64,000 nt of DNA, taken from Eledone cirrhosa (Eukaryota). Below are positions 1 through 13,609 of this stretch, in pieces. The notes beneath the pieces are model-generated. The model did no database searches, was not told the origin of the DNA, and worked only from the letters and a program-made list of their open reading frames with translations. Location: positions 31,992,001 through 32,056,000 of the forward strand of contig OZ024748.1 in the NCBI GenBank assembly GCA_964016885.1, in the 5' to 3' direction. How positions within the stretch are numbered: the stretch's first letter is position 1; every line of letters starts with the position of its first letter. A program made the position numbers and the translations under genes.

Positions 1-260
<260 letters not shown>

Positions 261-310
261 GATATTAAATAAATGGAAACTATATTTATAAAACCATATT
301 TATTTCATTA

Positions 311-366
311 TATATATTTCAGGGATATCATATTAAAAATATGTTATGCCTTCTTCAGACAAAATA
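311..366 (-). ncRNA. Probable (partly decayed) minimal type I hammerhead ribozyme
   Basis: Minus strand CUGAAGA-aggcauaacauauu(uuu)aauaugauaucccu-GAAA-uaua-UA. Stem II is 12 of 14 paired and stem III is palindromic UAUA, but stem I pairs poorly. Confidence 0.5.
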
Positions 367-592
367 CAATATAAACAGTCTTATAAATAGATAGATTTGA
401 CATACCTGAATTTGTTTAACAAGATTATTTATCTGAAATCGTGTGTTGAAACCGATATTGTTATACTTTGGGAGGGTCATGTTGCCAATAAGAAACACAC
501 GCACCAGTTGCTTTCACTTCAATTTATTATAATAAATTTATAAATTTCTGGTTGGTTGGTTGGTTCCACAACCAGATAGTTGTTTATATATT

Positions 593-635
593 GTCATAGT
601 TCTTTCGTCACACACTCTGTGACCTCTTCAGTGAC
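593..635 (-). ncRNA. Minimal type I hammerhead ribozyme in PLE pLTR
   Basis: guca-CUGAAGA-g-gucaca(gagug)ugugac-GAAA-gaac-UA-ugac: stem I guca/ugac, 6-bp stem II, minimal stem III. Confidence 0.8.
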
Positions 636-834
636 TGGGGATTCCTTTCTTTGTTTCTGTGCCTCTCCTTTGTTCTGTCCTACGCCATTTTGTTTCTGTG
701 TGTGTGTTGTGTGCTCAGTCTGCGCATGCGCTACATCCGGGTGTCTGTGTGTGTTTATGTTCATTTATTTATTTGTTTATTTACATGTTACTGGTTGGTT
801 GTTTGTTCTATGTGTGTGTGTTTTCATTTTGTCC

Positions 835-1497
835 TTAATTGTAAGTTGTGATGTTGCAGTTCCACTCATATTTTCTATTTAATTTTGGTTGTAATTCTTT
901 TATGTTTATTGCCTCTTGAAGGTCTCGCCAGTGTTCATTTATCCGTTCCCCTACACTACGAGCTGTCTCACCTATGTACACTATATTTTTGTCTCTACAT
1001 TGTCCTTCAGTACATCTTATGCTATACACTACATTTCTAGTTTTACAGTTAATATGGGGGCTTATTTTACAGGTTATACATTTCTTATCTATACATGAGG
1101 GTCTTTGAAAAGGGTATGTCTTGCTAATAAGTGTTTTTACGGAGGTACCTGGTCTTTCTACTATCTTAATATTGAGTTTATGTTTATCTAGGGCCCTTCT
1201 AAATTTGTAAGCTAATTCACCTCTAGGGGTTGTATCGATGAACATTACACTCTGGTATTTATTGCTATCATACCATGAGTTTATTCTATTAGCCTTGTTC
1301 CTAGTTCTTTCTATTCTATTCCAAAATTTGCTCCTATACAAGGGGCAGGTCCCATTTACGTCATTATTTACCATTTTTTCCCATTTGGTTCTGGCTCCTC
1401 TATACACTCTGATTTTATCTCTCTGATTGTAGCCAGAGAACTGCATACGGTGGATAAAGTGTTGTATGTGTCTCTCTAGTTCTTCGGGGTTGCACAT
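835..1497 (-). pseudogene. Penelope-like element ORF C-terminus: RT thumb/linker, Cys-rich knuckle and GIY-YIG endonuclease (internally deleted)
   Basis: Motifs SGY...PLYRSKFW, CIDKKCITC...C, NVVYSIRC...C...VYIGETARSVGERINEH, EA...LQPKLN; the segment between EH and EA is shorter than usual. Confidence 0.85.
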
Positions 1498-1859
1498 GCG
1501 GGACCAGGACCTGGCTACTGTCGTTTACCAATCGATTAATTGGTGAAATATATTTCTTTAATGGAATATATACGAGGAAGATTAATCAAATTATAAGGTA
1601 TCTACTTTTGAAGTTCTAGTTAAACTTTATTTAGTTACCTACCTAGATATGTGTTTACACACTTTTACAAATTATCGCCTGTGATAGTTTCATATGTTTA
1701 ATTATATGTCAATCAATTTCTAGTTGATATAAAATGATCGGATCTACTCATTAGAATCTTGGAGCATATTATACGGGTGATATGGCGCATGTCTATCTGA
1801 CATGACACCCTTAATTTAATTTGATTTAATTTATTTTAATTCAATTTATCTTAATTTTG

Positions 1860-2395
<536 letters not shown>

Positions 2396-2525
2396 AAAGA
2401 AATAGGATTTCGCTTCAAGCATAGCTTTATACAACATGTATAAATATTTCGTATCTCCAAAGAAATACGGTTTAGGAAGCAGTTTCCTAAAACCGTATTT
2501 GTTTAGAGATACGGAATATTTATAC

Positions 2526-2579
<54 letters not shown>

Positions 2580-2583
<4 letters not shown>

Positions 2584-2810
2584 ATACTTTGAGAGGGTCA
2601 TGTTGCCAATAAGAAACACACGCACCAGTTGTTTCACTTCAATTTATTATAATAAATTTAGGAATTTATAAATTTCCGGTTGGTTGGTTGATTCCACAAC
2701 CAGATGGTTGTTTATATATTGTCAAAGTTATTTCGTCACACATTCTGTGACCTCTTCAGTGACTGGGGATTCTTTTCTTTGTTTTTTGTGCATCTCCTTG
2801 TTTTTGTGTT
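2580..2810 (-). mobile_element. Solo PLE pLTR copy with hammerhead (2721-2763)
   Basis: Near-identical to 460-670; HHR guca-CUGAAGA-g-gucaca..ugugac-GAAA-uaac-UU-ugac. Confidence 0.8.
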
Positions 2811-2811
2811 C

Positions 2812-4790
2812 TTAGTTACATGAGCGCCTACACATCCACTTTACAGTGTGGGCTGGGTGCTTTTTTGCTGTGGCACCTCCACGACCACTTTGCAGTGGGA
2901 GGGTGTGTTGGCATATTGTCTATATGCTTCAGCTTCGACTTGTACCGATGGGAGGTCGGGTACTCTGTATTACTGCGAGACGCCAGAGGTCGCGGGTCAT
3001 CGCTTTTGAAAGGTGTAATTGGGTAAGGTCTGCTTTTATCACCTCATCCCAGGTCTTCTTGAGTCTCCCCACTTCGCGGTTTCCATTGACTTCTAGTGCT
3101 CTGCACCTTTTTATGCAGCTGTCGTCCTTCATACGCATCACATGTCCATACCAACGCAACCGCCTCTCCTGCACACAGCATTTGATTCCTCTTATGCTCA
3201 GTCTCTCTCTCTATTTATGCTTTGCCGTTCGCGTATATTACTATTACACATCCATCGGAGCATGCAGGCTTCGTTTCTCTCTAATCTACTTAAGTCTTCC
3301 ACATTCAGTGCCCAGGTCTCCCTACCATGTAACATTGTTGTTCGTATACACGCATCATACAATCTGCTTTTATTTTGAGGGAAAAGCCTTTTGCAGCTAG
3401 CAGTGTCAGTAGCTCCCTGAACTTTTTCCATCCCGTTCTTACCCTAGTTTTTGTACTTTCTGAACACCCACCTCCGCTGCTAATTCGGTCACCTAGGTAG
3501 CAGAAGCTGTCTACTGTTTCTACAGAGCCCTCCTAGAGATTAGTGGTACTTGTTTCCTGTGGCTGGTTGATGCTTGCTGTCCCAGCACAGCTGCTACATG
3601 TGAAGCCTACATTCTTAATTCAGCTTCCTGAGATCCCGCTACATCTCTTGTGTACCCACTGTTTGCATTTGGGGCAGAGAATGGGGTTACTACCTACACC
3701 TTTCCTACATACTGAGCAAGGCCATTTCCCTGAGGGGATCTGGGTTCTGTTTTCTCATTTACTTACAAGGACCTTAGTCTTTGTCAGGTTGACTTTGAGA
3801 CTCTTTCTTTCTAGTCCCTGCTTCCAAGTTTGGAATTTCTTCTCTAGTTCTACCATAGATTCAGCTATAAGTGCGAGGTCATCTGCATACAGGAGTTCCA
3901 ATGGGCATCAGGTGTTAAACTCTTCGGTTATTGCCTGCAGGACTATGATGTACAGGAGAGGGCTAAGAGCAGAGCCCTGTTAGACACCGACCTGTACGCT
4001 AAATTCCTCACTATACTCATTGCTAATCCTAACTTTGCTGACTGCTTCCCTATACATGGCTTGTACAGCTTTCACAAGTCATTCATCTGCTCCTAATTTT
4101 CTAAGAGCCCACCAGATTATAGCACGGGGAACTCTCTCAAAGGCTTTCTCGAGATCGAGGAATGCCAAGTAGAGTGGCTTAATTTTAGCTAGGTACTTCT
4201 CCTGTAATTGCCTCACAAGGAAGAGGGCATCAGTGGTGCCTCTTCCTGGTACAAATCCAAATTGCATCTCATCTACTTTCACTCGATCCCTAATCAACTC
4301 TGCTATAACTCTTTCTGTTACTTTCATGACCTGGTCCATCAGCTTTATACCTCTATAGTTTCCTCTATCTAGTGCATCACCTTTACCTTTGTAGCAGTTG
4401 ACAATGATGTTACTGCACCAATCTTTTGGTATGAGACCTTCTAGTATTACCTGGTTAACAATACGTGTGGTTATAGTGTGACCTACAGACCCAGATGCCT
4501 TCAGCATCTCGGCAGCTATACCCAATGGACCGCTTGCCTTCCCCATCATCATATCTTTGATTGGCTTACTTACTAGGCTGCTGCTGACTTGTACTGCTGG
4601 CCCCTCTATAGAGTCCACTTGGGGTAGTGTCTCTTCTTCCCATGCATTCTCCTCATTTAGTAATCTATCATAATGACTCTTCCATGCATCTTTCTTTTCA
4701 GCACTTGTGAGGGCAAGGTCACATTTATCATTCAGGATACACTTCTCTCCAATGACATCACAATTCTCTTTCTCTCCAATGACATCACAA
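2812..4790 (-). mobile_element. RTE-clade LINE, 5'-truncated, disrupted RT
   Basis: ORF 4079-4873 has NYRGIKL, QFGFVPGRGTTDALF and LAFLDLEKAF; C-terminal RRLRWYGHVMR; near-identical to 13800-15750. Confidence 0.92.
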
Positions 4791-5025
4791 TTCACAAAAT
4801 AATTATTATATACACTCACATCTATGAATAATTGAGGGAAAGCTGGTGAAACAGCATATATACATGAATACATCTATATATATATACATGTGTGTGTGTG
4901 TGCGTATATATATATATATATTTTAGGTATGTATATAGTCTCATTAATATATATATCTATAACGAAATAGTCCAGAAATAGCCGTCGAAATGGCTTGAGC
5001 TCTGCCGTCGGGGTCATACATTTTC

Positions 5026-5112
5026 CTATATATATATATATACTTTACATATATATATATATACTTTATATGTATATATATACGTTATATATATATATAC
5101 GTTATATATATG

Positions 5113-5143
<31 letters not shown>

Positions 5144-5173
5144 CGTTATATATATATGTTATATATATACACG

Positions 5174-5225
<52 letters not shown>

Positions 5226-5320
5226 GTTATATATATATGTTATATATATATATATACACGTTATATATATATATATATATATATACACGTTATATATATA
5301 TATATATATATATATACACG

Positions 5321-5398
<78 letters not shown>

Positions 5399-5399
5399 G

Positions 5400-5437
<38 letters not shown>

Positions 5438-5438
5438 G

Positions 5439-5474
<36 letters not shown>

Positions 5475-5475
5475 G

Positions 5476-5513
<38 letters not shown>

Positions 5514-5747
5514 GTTATATATATATGTTATATATATATATATATATATACACGTTATATATATATGTTATATATATATATATATACATTATATATATAT
5601 ATATGTTATATATATATATATATATACATTATATATATATATGTTATATATATATATATATATACATTATATATATATATATGTTATATATATATATATA
5701 TATACGTTATATAGATACATATGTTATATATATATATATATATACGT

Positions 5748-5785
<38 letters not shown>
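5026..5785. repeat. (TA)n with periodic CACGT/TGT interruptions
   Basis: Direct reading. Confidence 0.95.
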
Positions 5786-5787
<2 letters not shown>

Positions 5788-5859
5788 CATTATGAAGAGA
5801 GAAGAAACATTTAGATATAATTAGTAATAAAATGTATCATACCTAAACTGCTCCTAGAT

Positions 5860-5949
5860 TCCTCGACTACGTAGTTTCGTGGCATAAACAAAAACAATAC
5901 ATCATAAAGATATAGAGTCCTTGCGAGGTCTGCCGACTTATCAAGAGGA
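5860..5949 (-). ncRNA. Type I hammerhead ribozyme, U3-A8 core variant (copy 1)
   Basis: uccuc-UUGAUAA-gucggca...ugccac-GAAA-cuacguag-UC-gagga. Confidence 0.75.
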
Positions 5950-6452
5950 TACCTCATTTTACTAGCTTCAAGAACGCGTCTACACGACGTGAGAAAGAAT
6001 CCCAAAAGGCGGAGGGGGAGATAGTCACGCGATATAACGGTCGAGAAACAGAGCTAAGCCTCCTATAACCCCGAAGAAAATACCACGGAGGCGGAGGGGG
6101 TATTTATATCGAAGCCGTAGAAGAGGTGGTGAAGGAGGCGAGAAGTATGAGTAATGGCAGCTTTCCAGCAGTCACCACACTTCAAAGATTACTCGACCAG
6201 AGGGAGTTATGAACAATATATTTAGAAACACACAGATACATGCGGACACACACATATACATGAATGCATCCACACCCAACCGTGAGTTAATGGTGCCAAC
6301 CTTACCGATGTTGCTCAATGAATGACTGGGACAGACCAATCCGGTTGAATTAGACTGAACCAGTATCAGAGTTAAAAATACATTATGAAGAGAGAAGAAA
6401 CAGTTAGATATAATTAGTAATAAAATGTATCATACCTAAACTGCTCCTAGAT

Positions 6453-6542
6453 TCCTCGACTACGTAGTTTCGTGGCATAAACAAAAACAATACATCATAA
6501 AGATATAGAGTCCTTGCGAGGTCTGCCGACTTATCAAGAGGA
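6453..6542 (-). ncRNA. Type I hammerhead ribozyme, U3-A8 core variant (copy 2)
   Basis: Identical to 5860-5949. Confidence 0.75.
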
Positions 6543-6879
6543 TACCTCATTTTACTAACTTCAAGAACGCGTCTACACGACGTGAGAAAGAATCCCAAAA
6601 GGCGGAGGGGGAGATAGTCACGCGATATAACGGTCGAGAAACAGAGCTAAGCCTCCTATAACCCCGAAGAAAATACCACGGAGGCGGAGCGGGTATTTAT
6701 ATCGAAGCCGTAGAAGAGGTGGTGAAGGAGGCGAGAAGTATGAGTAATGGCAGCTTTCCAGCAGACACCACACTTCAAAGATTACTCGACCAGAATTGAG
6801 CAACATCGGTAAGGTTGGAACCATTAACTCACGGTTGGGTGTGGATGCATTCATGTATCTGTGTGTTTCTAAATGTATA

Positions 6880-6910
<31 letters not shown>

Positions 6911-7089
6911 TTAATACATTAACAGAGAAAGCTTTAAGCAATACTCCGACCGGCTTCCGTTTCACTCAACAAATATTAGGATATACCTTAGTATAATCCC
7001 AATTATACGTTTGGGGTGCTAACTATACGTATTTTGCAGATAGCCAGTTGTATTATTTTATATGAGACATAATTAAATACATCTCTCTT

Positions 7090-7210
7090 TCCAAACGATC
7101 GTTTCATTATAAGTTTTCTACAAATTGGGAAAATGATGTCCAGGTTATGTAGAAGCCTACACATAGTCTATAGGAATATATGCAGTGGGCACTTATAAAT
7201 CATCAGTTGA
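7090..7210 (-). ncRNA. Type I hammerhead ribozyme with very long stem II
   Basis: ucaa-CUGAUGA-u-uuauaagu...acuuauaa-u-GAAA-cgaucg-UU-ugga; stem I has one mismatch. Confidence 0.6.
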
Positions 7211-7897
7211 TGCCCGACAAACATCGATATAAAAAAAAACCTTACCGATATTAATATTCAGCGATGGTACCTGTCAGTGCTAGAGTGACCGCCATATTTG
7301 AAATTCCAGCAGTCTCACAAAGAGAAATCTCACACAGTCACCAAGCGGGAAGGGGAGGTCATAGCAAAACATAAAACAATAAAATAATATGCACGCAGGT
7401 CAATTAATTCTTTCAGTAATTTTAACCATGCGTGAAGAACTCAATTGGATATAAAAAAAATAAATATATGTATGTATTATTTATACACGCATATAGGTAT
7501 TTTCTTAGGCTAAAAACAGAGACAATATACCGGAAAAACAATTAATATTTGATACAAAGAATAAATACAGAAAGTCATACCTAATATAAATATTTAGACA
7601 GAAAATACGGGAAAAATTAGTCAGAAATATTTTAAATGTGAAACGGAATAAATTAATGAAAGAAACGTAAAAAAGATAAAAATTGTTGAAATACATTGAA
7701 AATATAAAATATAGAAGAGACAGGAATTGATTGAGTTTGAAGTAAATTAATGAATGAACGAAAGTAGGTGGGGCAGGAACAGGAAATAAAGACAGTACAG
7801 TCTCGCAGTGAATGGTAAGGTTTAGAGTAAGAATTATTTTATTCCTGGTTGTATAAATAACATTACAAATTATACTTAGACGAATAATGTGCTGTAG

Positions 7898-7934
<37 letters not shown>

Positions 7935-8221
7935 TAGGTCCGAACAGCTAGTACAGTCTCGCAGTGAATGGTAAAGATTAGGGTAAGAATTATTTTATTC
8001 CTGGTTGTATAAATAACATTACAAATATCACAAATATCAAATAGATAAAATATATATACCAGGTCCAAAAAAGATATAGAGAAATTACAGGTTTGCAGTG
8101 AATATCTCAAGAATTATTTTATTCCTAGTTTTGTAAATAACATTACAAATTATGCTTAGACGAAGAACGGGTGTAGTAAATATATATATATATATATATA
8201 CACATAAATATGTGTATATAT

Positions 8222-8690
8222 ATAGAATTACCAATGAATACAGTGAAGAATTTAGTGTAAAAGTTGGTGTTCATCAAGGCTCTGTCCTTAGCTCCTCCTA
8301 TTTATTATTGCTCTTCAGGCTTAAACAGAGAAGTATAAACTGGCTGCCCATGGGATCATCTATACACAGATGATCTACCAGCTGAATCTATGGCTGAACT
8401 TGATAAGAAATGTTAAACATGGAAGCATGGCCTAGAATCAAAAGGCCTTAAAGTTAACTTGTCTAAGACTAAAATTCTAGTATGTAGGAAGGAAAATAGG
8501 GCACAGGTGCCATCTGGGAATCTGGGAAATGGCCATGTTCAGTGTGTAGGAAAGGAGTAGGTAGAAATTCCATTTTATGTCCCAAATACAAACTTATGGG
8601 TACATAACAGATGTACGGTGGACACAGGCAAGCTCTCTAAGAATGTAGATTTTATATGTGGCTGATGCTCAGGTGTAATAAGTAGCAAGT
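8222..8690 (+). mobile_element. RTE LINE RT fragment
   Basis: EYSEEFSVKVGVHQGSVLS and GKWPCSVCRKGVGRNS-like; paralog at 23977-24440. Confidence 0.85.
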
Positions 8691-9090
8691 TCCAGACGTT
8701 AGACCTTCAATGTATCCATACCCAGGGAAGCAAGGCATTCAGAATATGGTAGATGCTTGATGGAGGGTATTCACTTGGTTGCACGTCTCTAAACAATTTC
8801 CAGGAGGTCAATGTTCTGAGCAAGATAGGGGTTCCAGACAGGTGATGCAAATTCTAAGTGTGGCTGCATCATAGCTATATACAGCTTTAAATAGATAGAT
8901 AAATGCATGATGGTACACTTGTACATAGCCAGCTTGAGTTGCCAGTCCGTGATCCATTGCTGCATCATGTCCAGATCTATAGTGTTCAGGATCTGTCCTT
9001 TTTATCTCAAGGGACAGATTGATGTCATCTGCATATTTCAGTACTGTGACATTCCTTAAGTTGGCATCTATGTCATTAATATATGCGTAA
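8690..9090 (-). mobile_element. CR1-type LINE RT fragment
   Basis: Minus strand KYADD and PHLEFASPVWNPYL...RRATK; paralog at 24440-24838 continues at 25545-25740 (SGVPQGSVLGPLLF). Confidence 0.8.
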
Positions 9091-9975
9091 TGGAACTCTC
9101 CTATAGATTACCCGGCGAAGATTCAAATCCGAATCTAAGAGTTCTCGCATCTGGGACCACCTATCGTTGGGAGTTTCCCACCATTGTACTGTCAAGAGAC
9201 AACAATGATAAACGTACAAACCACTTGAACTGTGACACCAGCTTCATGATAGATGAAACTCACAAGGCTACTCAAAAATCAACCCCGTATACACATCCTT
9301 CTAGCTATAGGGTTATTAAAAGTATAAGTACAAAGGGAATCCAGCAGCCAGACCACAAAGCAGCAGTCCTTGAGAGAATAATGATGTGAAACATTCATGT
9401 TGTACAGACTCCTTGGGGTCTACAGACTTCTACTGACGTCTAGGGACCTTTTACTCTATATCTCTCTCCTGGCCTTACTGGCTCTTATCTTCTCGGCCAC
9501 AGACTACACCACCAGACAAGAGAGACCGAAGCAGCAGTCCTTGAGAGGAATAACAAATACTAAGGATACACACACACTTAATAGGTTTCATTATACTGTT
9601 TACATCTGTGTTTTATCAATTCTTTCGTCTTCCTGTTGAATCACTTCTATTGTATCGTTGGATTGATACATACATACACGTTAGCTCGAAGTAGCTAGTC
9701 AGCAAATTGATGTATTGATAATTCCTGTCACAATTTATATTACTTGATATTCAATGTAGCAACAAGTGACATTATTCTTGTTATCATTCATACACAAAAG
9801 AATAGATTTATCCACTACATATGCAACAAACAAAAGGGGACACACATTTTTACACACATACATTCAAATATATATAGCGTATGTAAATTCTGAAAGCTAC
9901 AGATTTGTCAGCACAAGTCTTGGTTACAACTTCTACAAATAAAATGAAAGGAGAAGAATTTCTGAGTAAAACAGT

Positions 9976-9981
9976 TTTATT
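9976..9981 (-). promoter_or_regulatory. Candidate polyadenylation signal of ZNF gene 1
   Basis: AATAAA on the minus strand in a 3' block conserved with gene 2 (52337-52342). Confidence 0.5.
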
Positions 9982-10059
9982 CCAAATATTAACAACATTG
10001 GTGGCACTATTTTGGGTGAGTGATATGGTTTTTATCTTCTCAGATTGTGTTGCATTAAG

Positions 10060-11474
<1,415 letters not shown>

Positions 11475-12624
11475 TTAACAACTTTGAGAGAATGATTTAC
11501 CACATATATCACAGTGATATGGCTTATCTCCTGTATGCATATGTTTGTGAGAAATTAAGGCACTACTTTGAGAGAATGATTTACCACAGATGTCACAGTG
11601 GTATGGCTTGTCTCCTGTATGTATCCGTTTGTAAGAAATTAAGGCACGACTTTGAGAGAATGATTTACCACAGATGTCACAGTGGTATGGCTTGTCTCCT
11701 GTATGTATATGTTTGTGTCTAGTTAAGTCACTACTTGTAAAGAATGATTTACCACAGATATCACAATGATATGGCTTGTCTCCTGTATGCGTACGTAAGT
11801 GTTTAGTTAAGTGACTACTATCATAGAATGATTTACCACAGATATCACAGTGATATGGCTTGTCTCCTGTATGGGTACATAAGTGTTTAGTTAAGTGACT
11901 ACTTTGAGAGAATGATTTACCACAGATATCACAGTGATATGGCTTGTCTCCTGTATGGGTACGTTTGTGGGTAGTTAAGGCACTACTTACAGAGAATGAT
12001 TTACCACAGATATCACAGTGGTATGGCTTGTCACCTGTATGTATACGTTTGTGGCTAGTTAAGGAACTACTTTGAGAGAATGATTTACCACAGATATCAC
12101 AGTGATATGGCTGGTCTCCTGTATGGGTACGTAAGTGTTTAGTTAAGGTACTACTATCAGAGAATGATTTACCACAGATATCACAGTGGTATGGCTTGTC
12201 TCCTGTATGTATACGTTTGTGGCTAGTTAAGGAACTACTTTGAGAGAATGATTTACCACAGATATCACAGTGATATGGCTTGTCTCCTGTGTGGGTACAT
12301 AAGTGGTTAGTTAATGTATCACTTCGAAGGAATGTTTTACCACAGATATGACAGTGATGTGGCTTGTCTCCTGTATGGGTACGTAAGTGTTTAGTTAATG
12401 TATTACCTCGAAGGAATGATTTACCACAGATATCACAATGATATGGCTTGCCTCCTGTATGTATACGTTTGTGTGGAGTTAAGTGACCAATTTGAGAGAA
12501 TGATTTACCAGACATCACAGTGATATGGCTTCTCTCCTCTAGACTTTGGCATCTCTTCTGGAATAGCCATATCTTTAGACAATGTTTCACATTTAATCTT
12601 CTTCTCACTTAATTTATTTTCCAT
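11475..12624 (-). CDS. Tandem C2H2 zinc-finger gene 1 (about 12 fingers before a TAA; frameshifted leader, possibly pseudogene)
   Basis: [17 protein letters not shown]...H repeats. Leader ATG 12624 ([14 protein letters not shown]) is out of frame owing to a 2-nt loss near 12510; an in-frame ATG exists at 12515. One finger has His->Tyr. Confidence 0.85.
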
Positions 12625-12996
12625 GTTTCTTCTTCCCTTGGGAGAATTTGTCTTATTTTATCTATTATATTCCTGAAGATATTTCTTCTGTTATATTTCC
12701 GGCAACTGTGACCTCAGTCAAGATCTGAAGATGATGCAAACTTCTTTCTGATCCAAGTTTAGTTAAGATTCAAAATCATCTTGTAAATATTTCATATGGT
12801 GATGAAACAATACTTTTCCAAGAATTTTTCCAAGACACACAGTTCTGAGGAAATATTTCACAGTAATTCTGCCATAGATTTATATAAACAGTGTTATATG
12901 AGTTCCGTATCAAAAACTTTACTCTTGCAATAATGATAAATAGAGGGGATGTATTCAAGATTAAAAAGTAAATATATCCCAATGTCATCTGATATT

Positions 12997-13016
12997 CTGA
13001 AATAAGAAAGAAACAG
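12997..13016 (-). promoter_or_regulatory. 3' splice acceptor of the finger exon, gene 1
   Basis: tttctttcttatttcAG|aatatc, conserved in gene 2 at 54138-54155. Confidence 0.7.
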
Positions 13017-13609
13017 TATGAAATAATAGAGAATACTTTAGAAGCAGAGATAGATTTAACATTGGAAATTTTATATTTCTATATTGATAAAATGTAGATA
13101 TCAACTTTCCTGTCCAGAGTTATTCTCTCCAATGTAAGCAGTGGTATTCCAGCATGATCTATAAATTATATCCTTCTAACTCTTGGGAGGTCTGCCCTAT
13201 AGCCTTTACCCAGGAACTTCATTCTGATATGACATTCTAACATGGTAATTGTCTGAGACCTGAGATGTGTAACTTGACAGTTTCTTGAGTAACAGTTCTT
13301 TCTACCTGGAAGGGAAAAGTGCTGTGTAATTGCTTGATAACAGTCAAGTCAAAGGATTCTCACACATGGCTACTCTAGGCACCCCAATAACATGACTTGT
13401 GTTAGGCCTGTAGACACAATTAGTGGGAACTTTTATTTCCATAATTTTAGCGCTATTTTTTTTCTTTTCTGTTTGGATGCCCTTCCTCTCACCAACCACT
13501 TTACAGAAAGGACATGGTGTATTGTTCCTGGCACTAGAGAGGTTATTTTACTGGACTTAAGAGCTCATATATATACATATATATATACAGATATTTGTAT
13601 ATATATATA

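Larger units (their letters stand above)
433..1500 (-). mobile_element. 5'-truncated Penelope-like retroelement (C-terminal GIY-YIG type) with 3' pLTR
   Basis: GIY-YIG ORF 835-1497, followed on the minus strand by a terminal repeat carrying an HHR. That repeat recurs at 2580-2810 and 31095-31370. Confidence 0.85.
5785..6880 (-). mobile_element. Non-coding HHR-bearing element: direct repeat A (period 593 bp) plus inverted segment (PLE pLTR/retrozyme-like)
   Basis: 5785-6201 is nearly identical to 6378-6794; 6216-6319 is reverse-complemented at 6795-6880; flanked by (TA)n. Confidence 0.75.
7585..9839. repeat. Segmental duplicate of 23335-25622 (unclassified repeat, RTE fragment, CR1 fragment and insertion)
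   Basis: Collinear high-identity match; homology ends at ...aacaaaagggg (9839 vs 25622). Confidence 0.9.

Noticed and set aside
1665-1762. Minus-strand CUAAUGA...GAAA hammerhead-like motif
   Set aside because: Invariant G5 is mutated and stems I-III do not pair convincingly
3543-3983. Plus-strand ORFs over RTE/ZNF/gag (e.g. 3543, 14542, 11125, 38396) and the minus ORF at 20670
   Set aside because: Antisense shadows of TE or zinc-finger coding strands
5811-6598. Duplicated 64-aa ORF MGFFLTSC...
   Set aside because: Non-ATG start, no domain similarity, and identity explained by the recent tandem duplication; the region is better explained as HHR RNA
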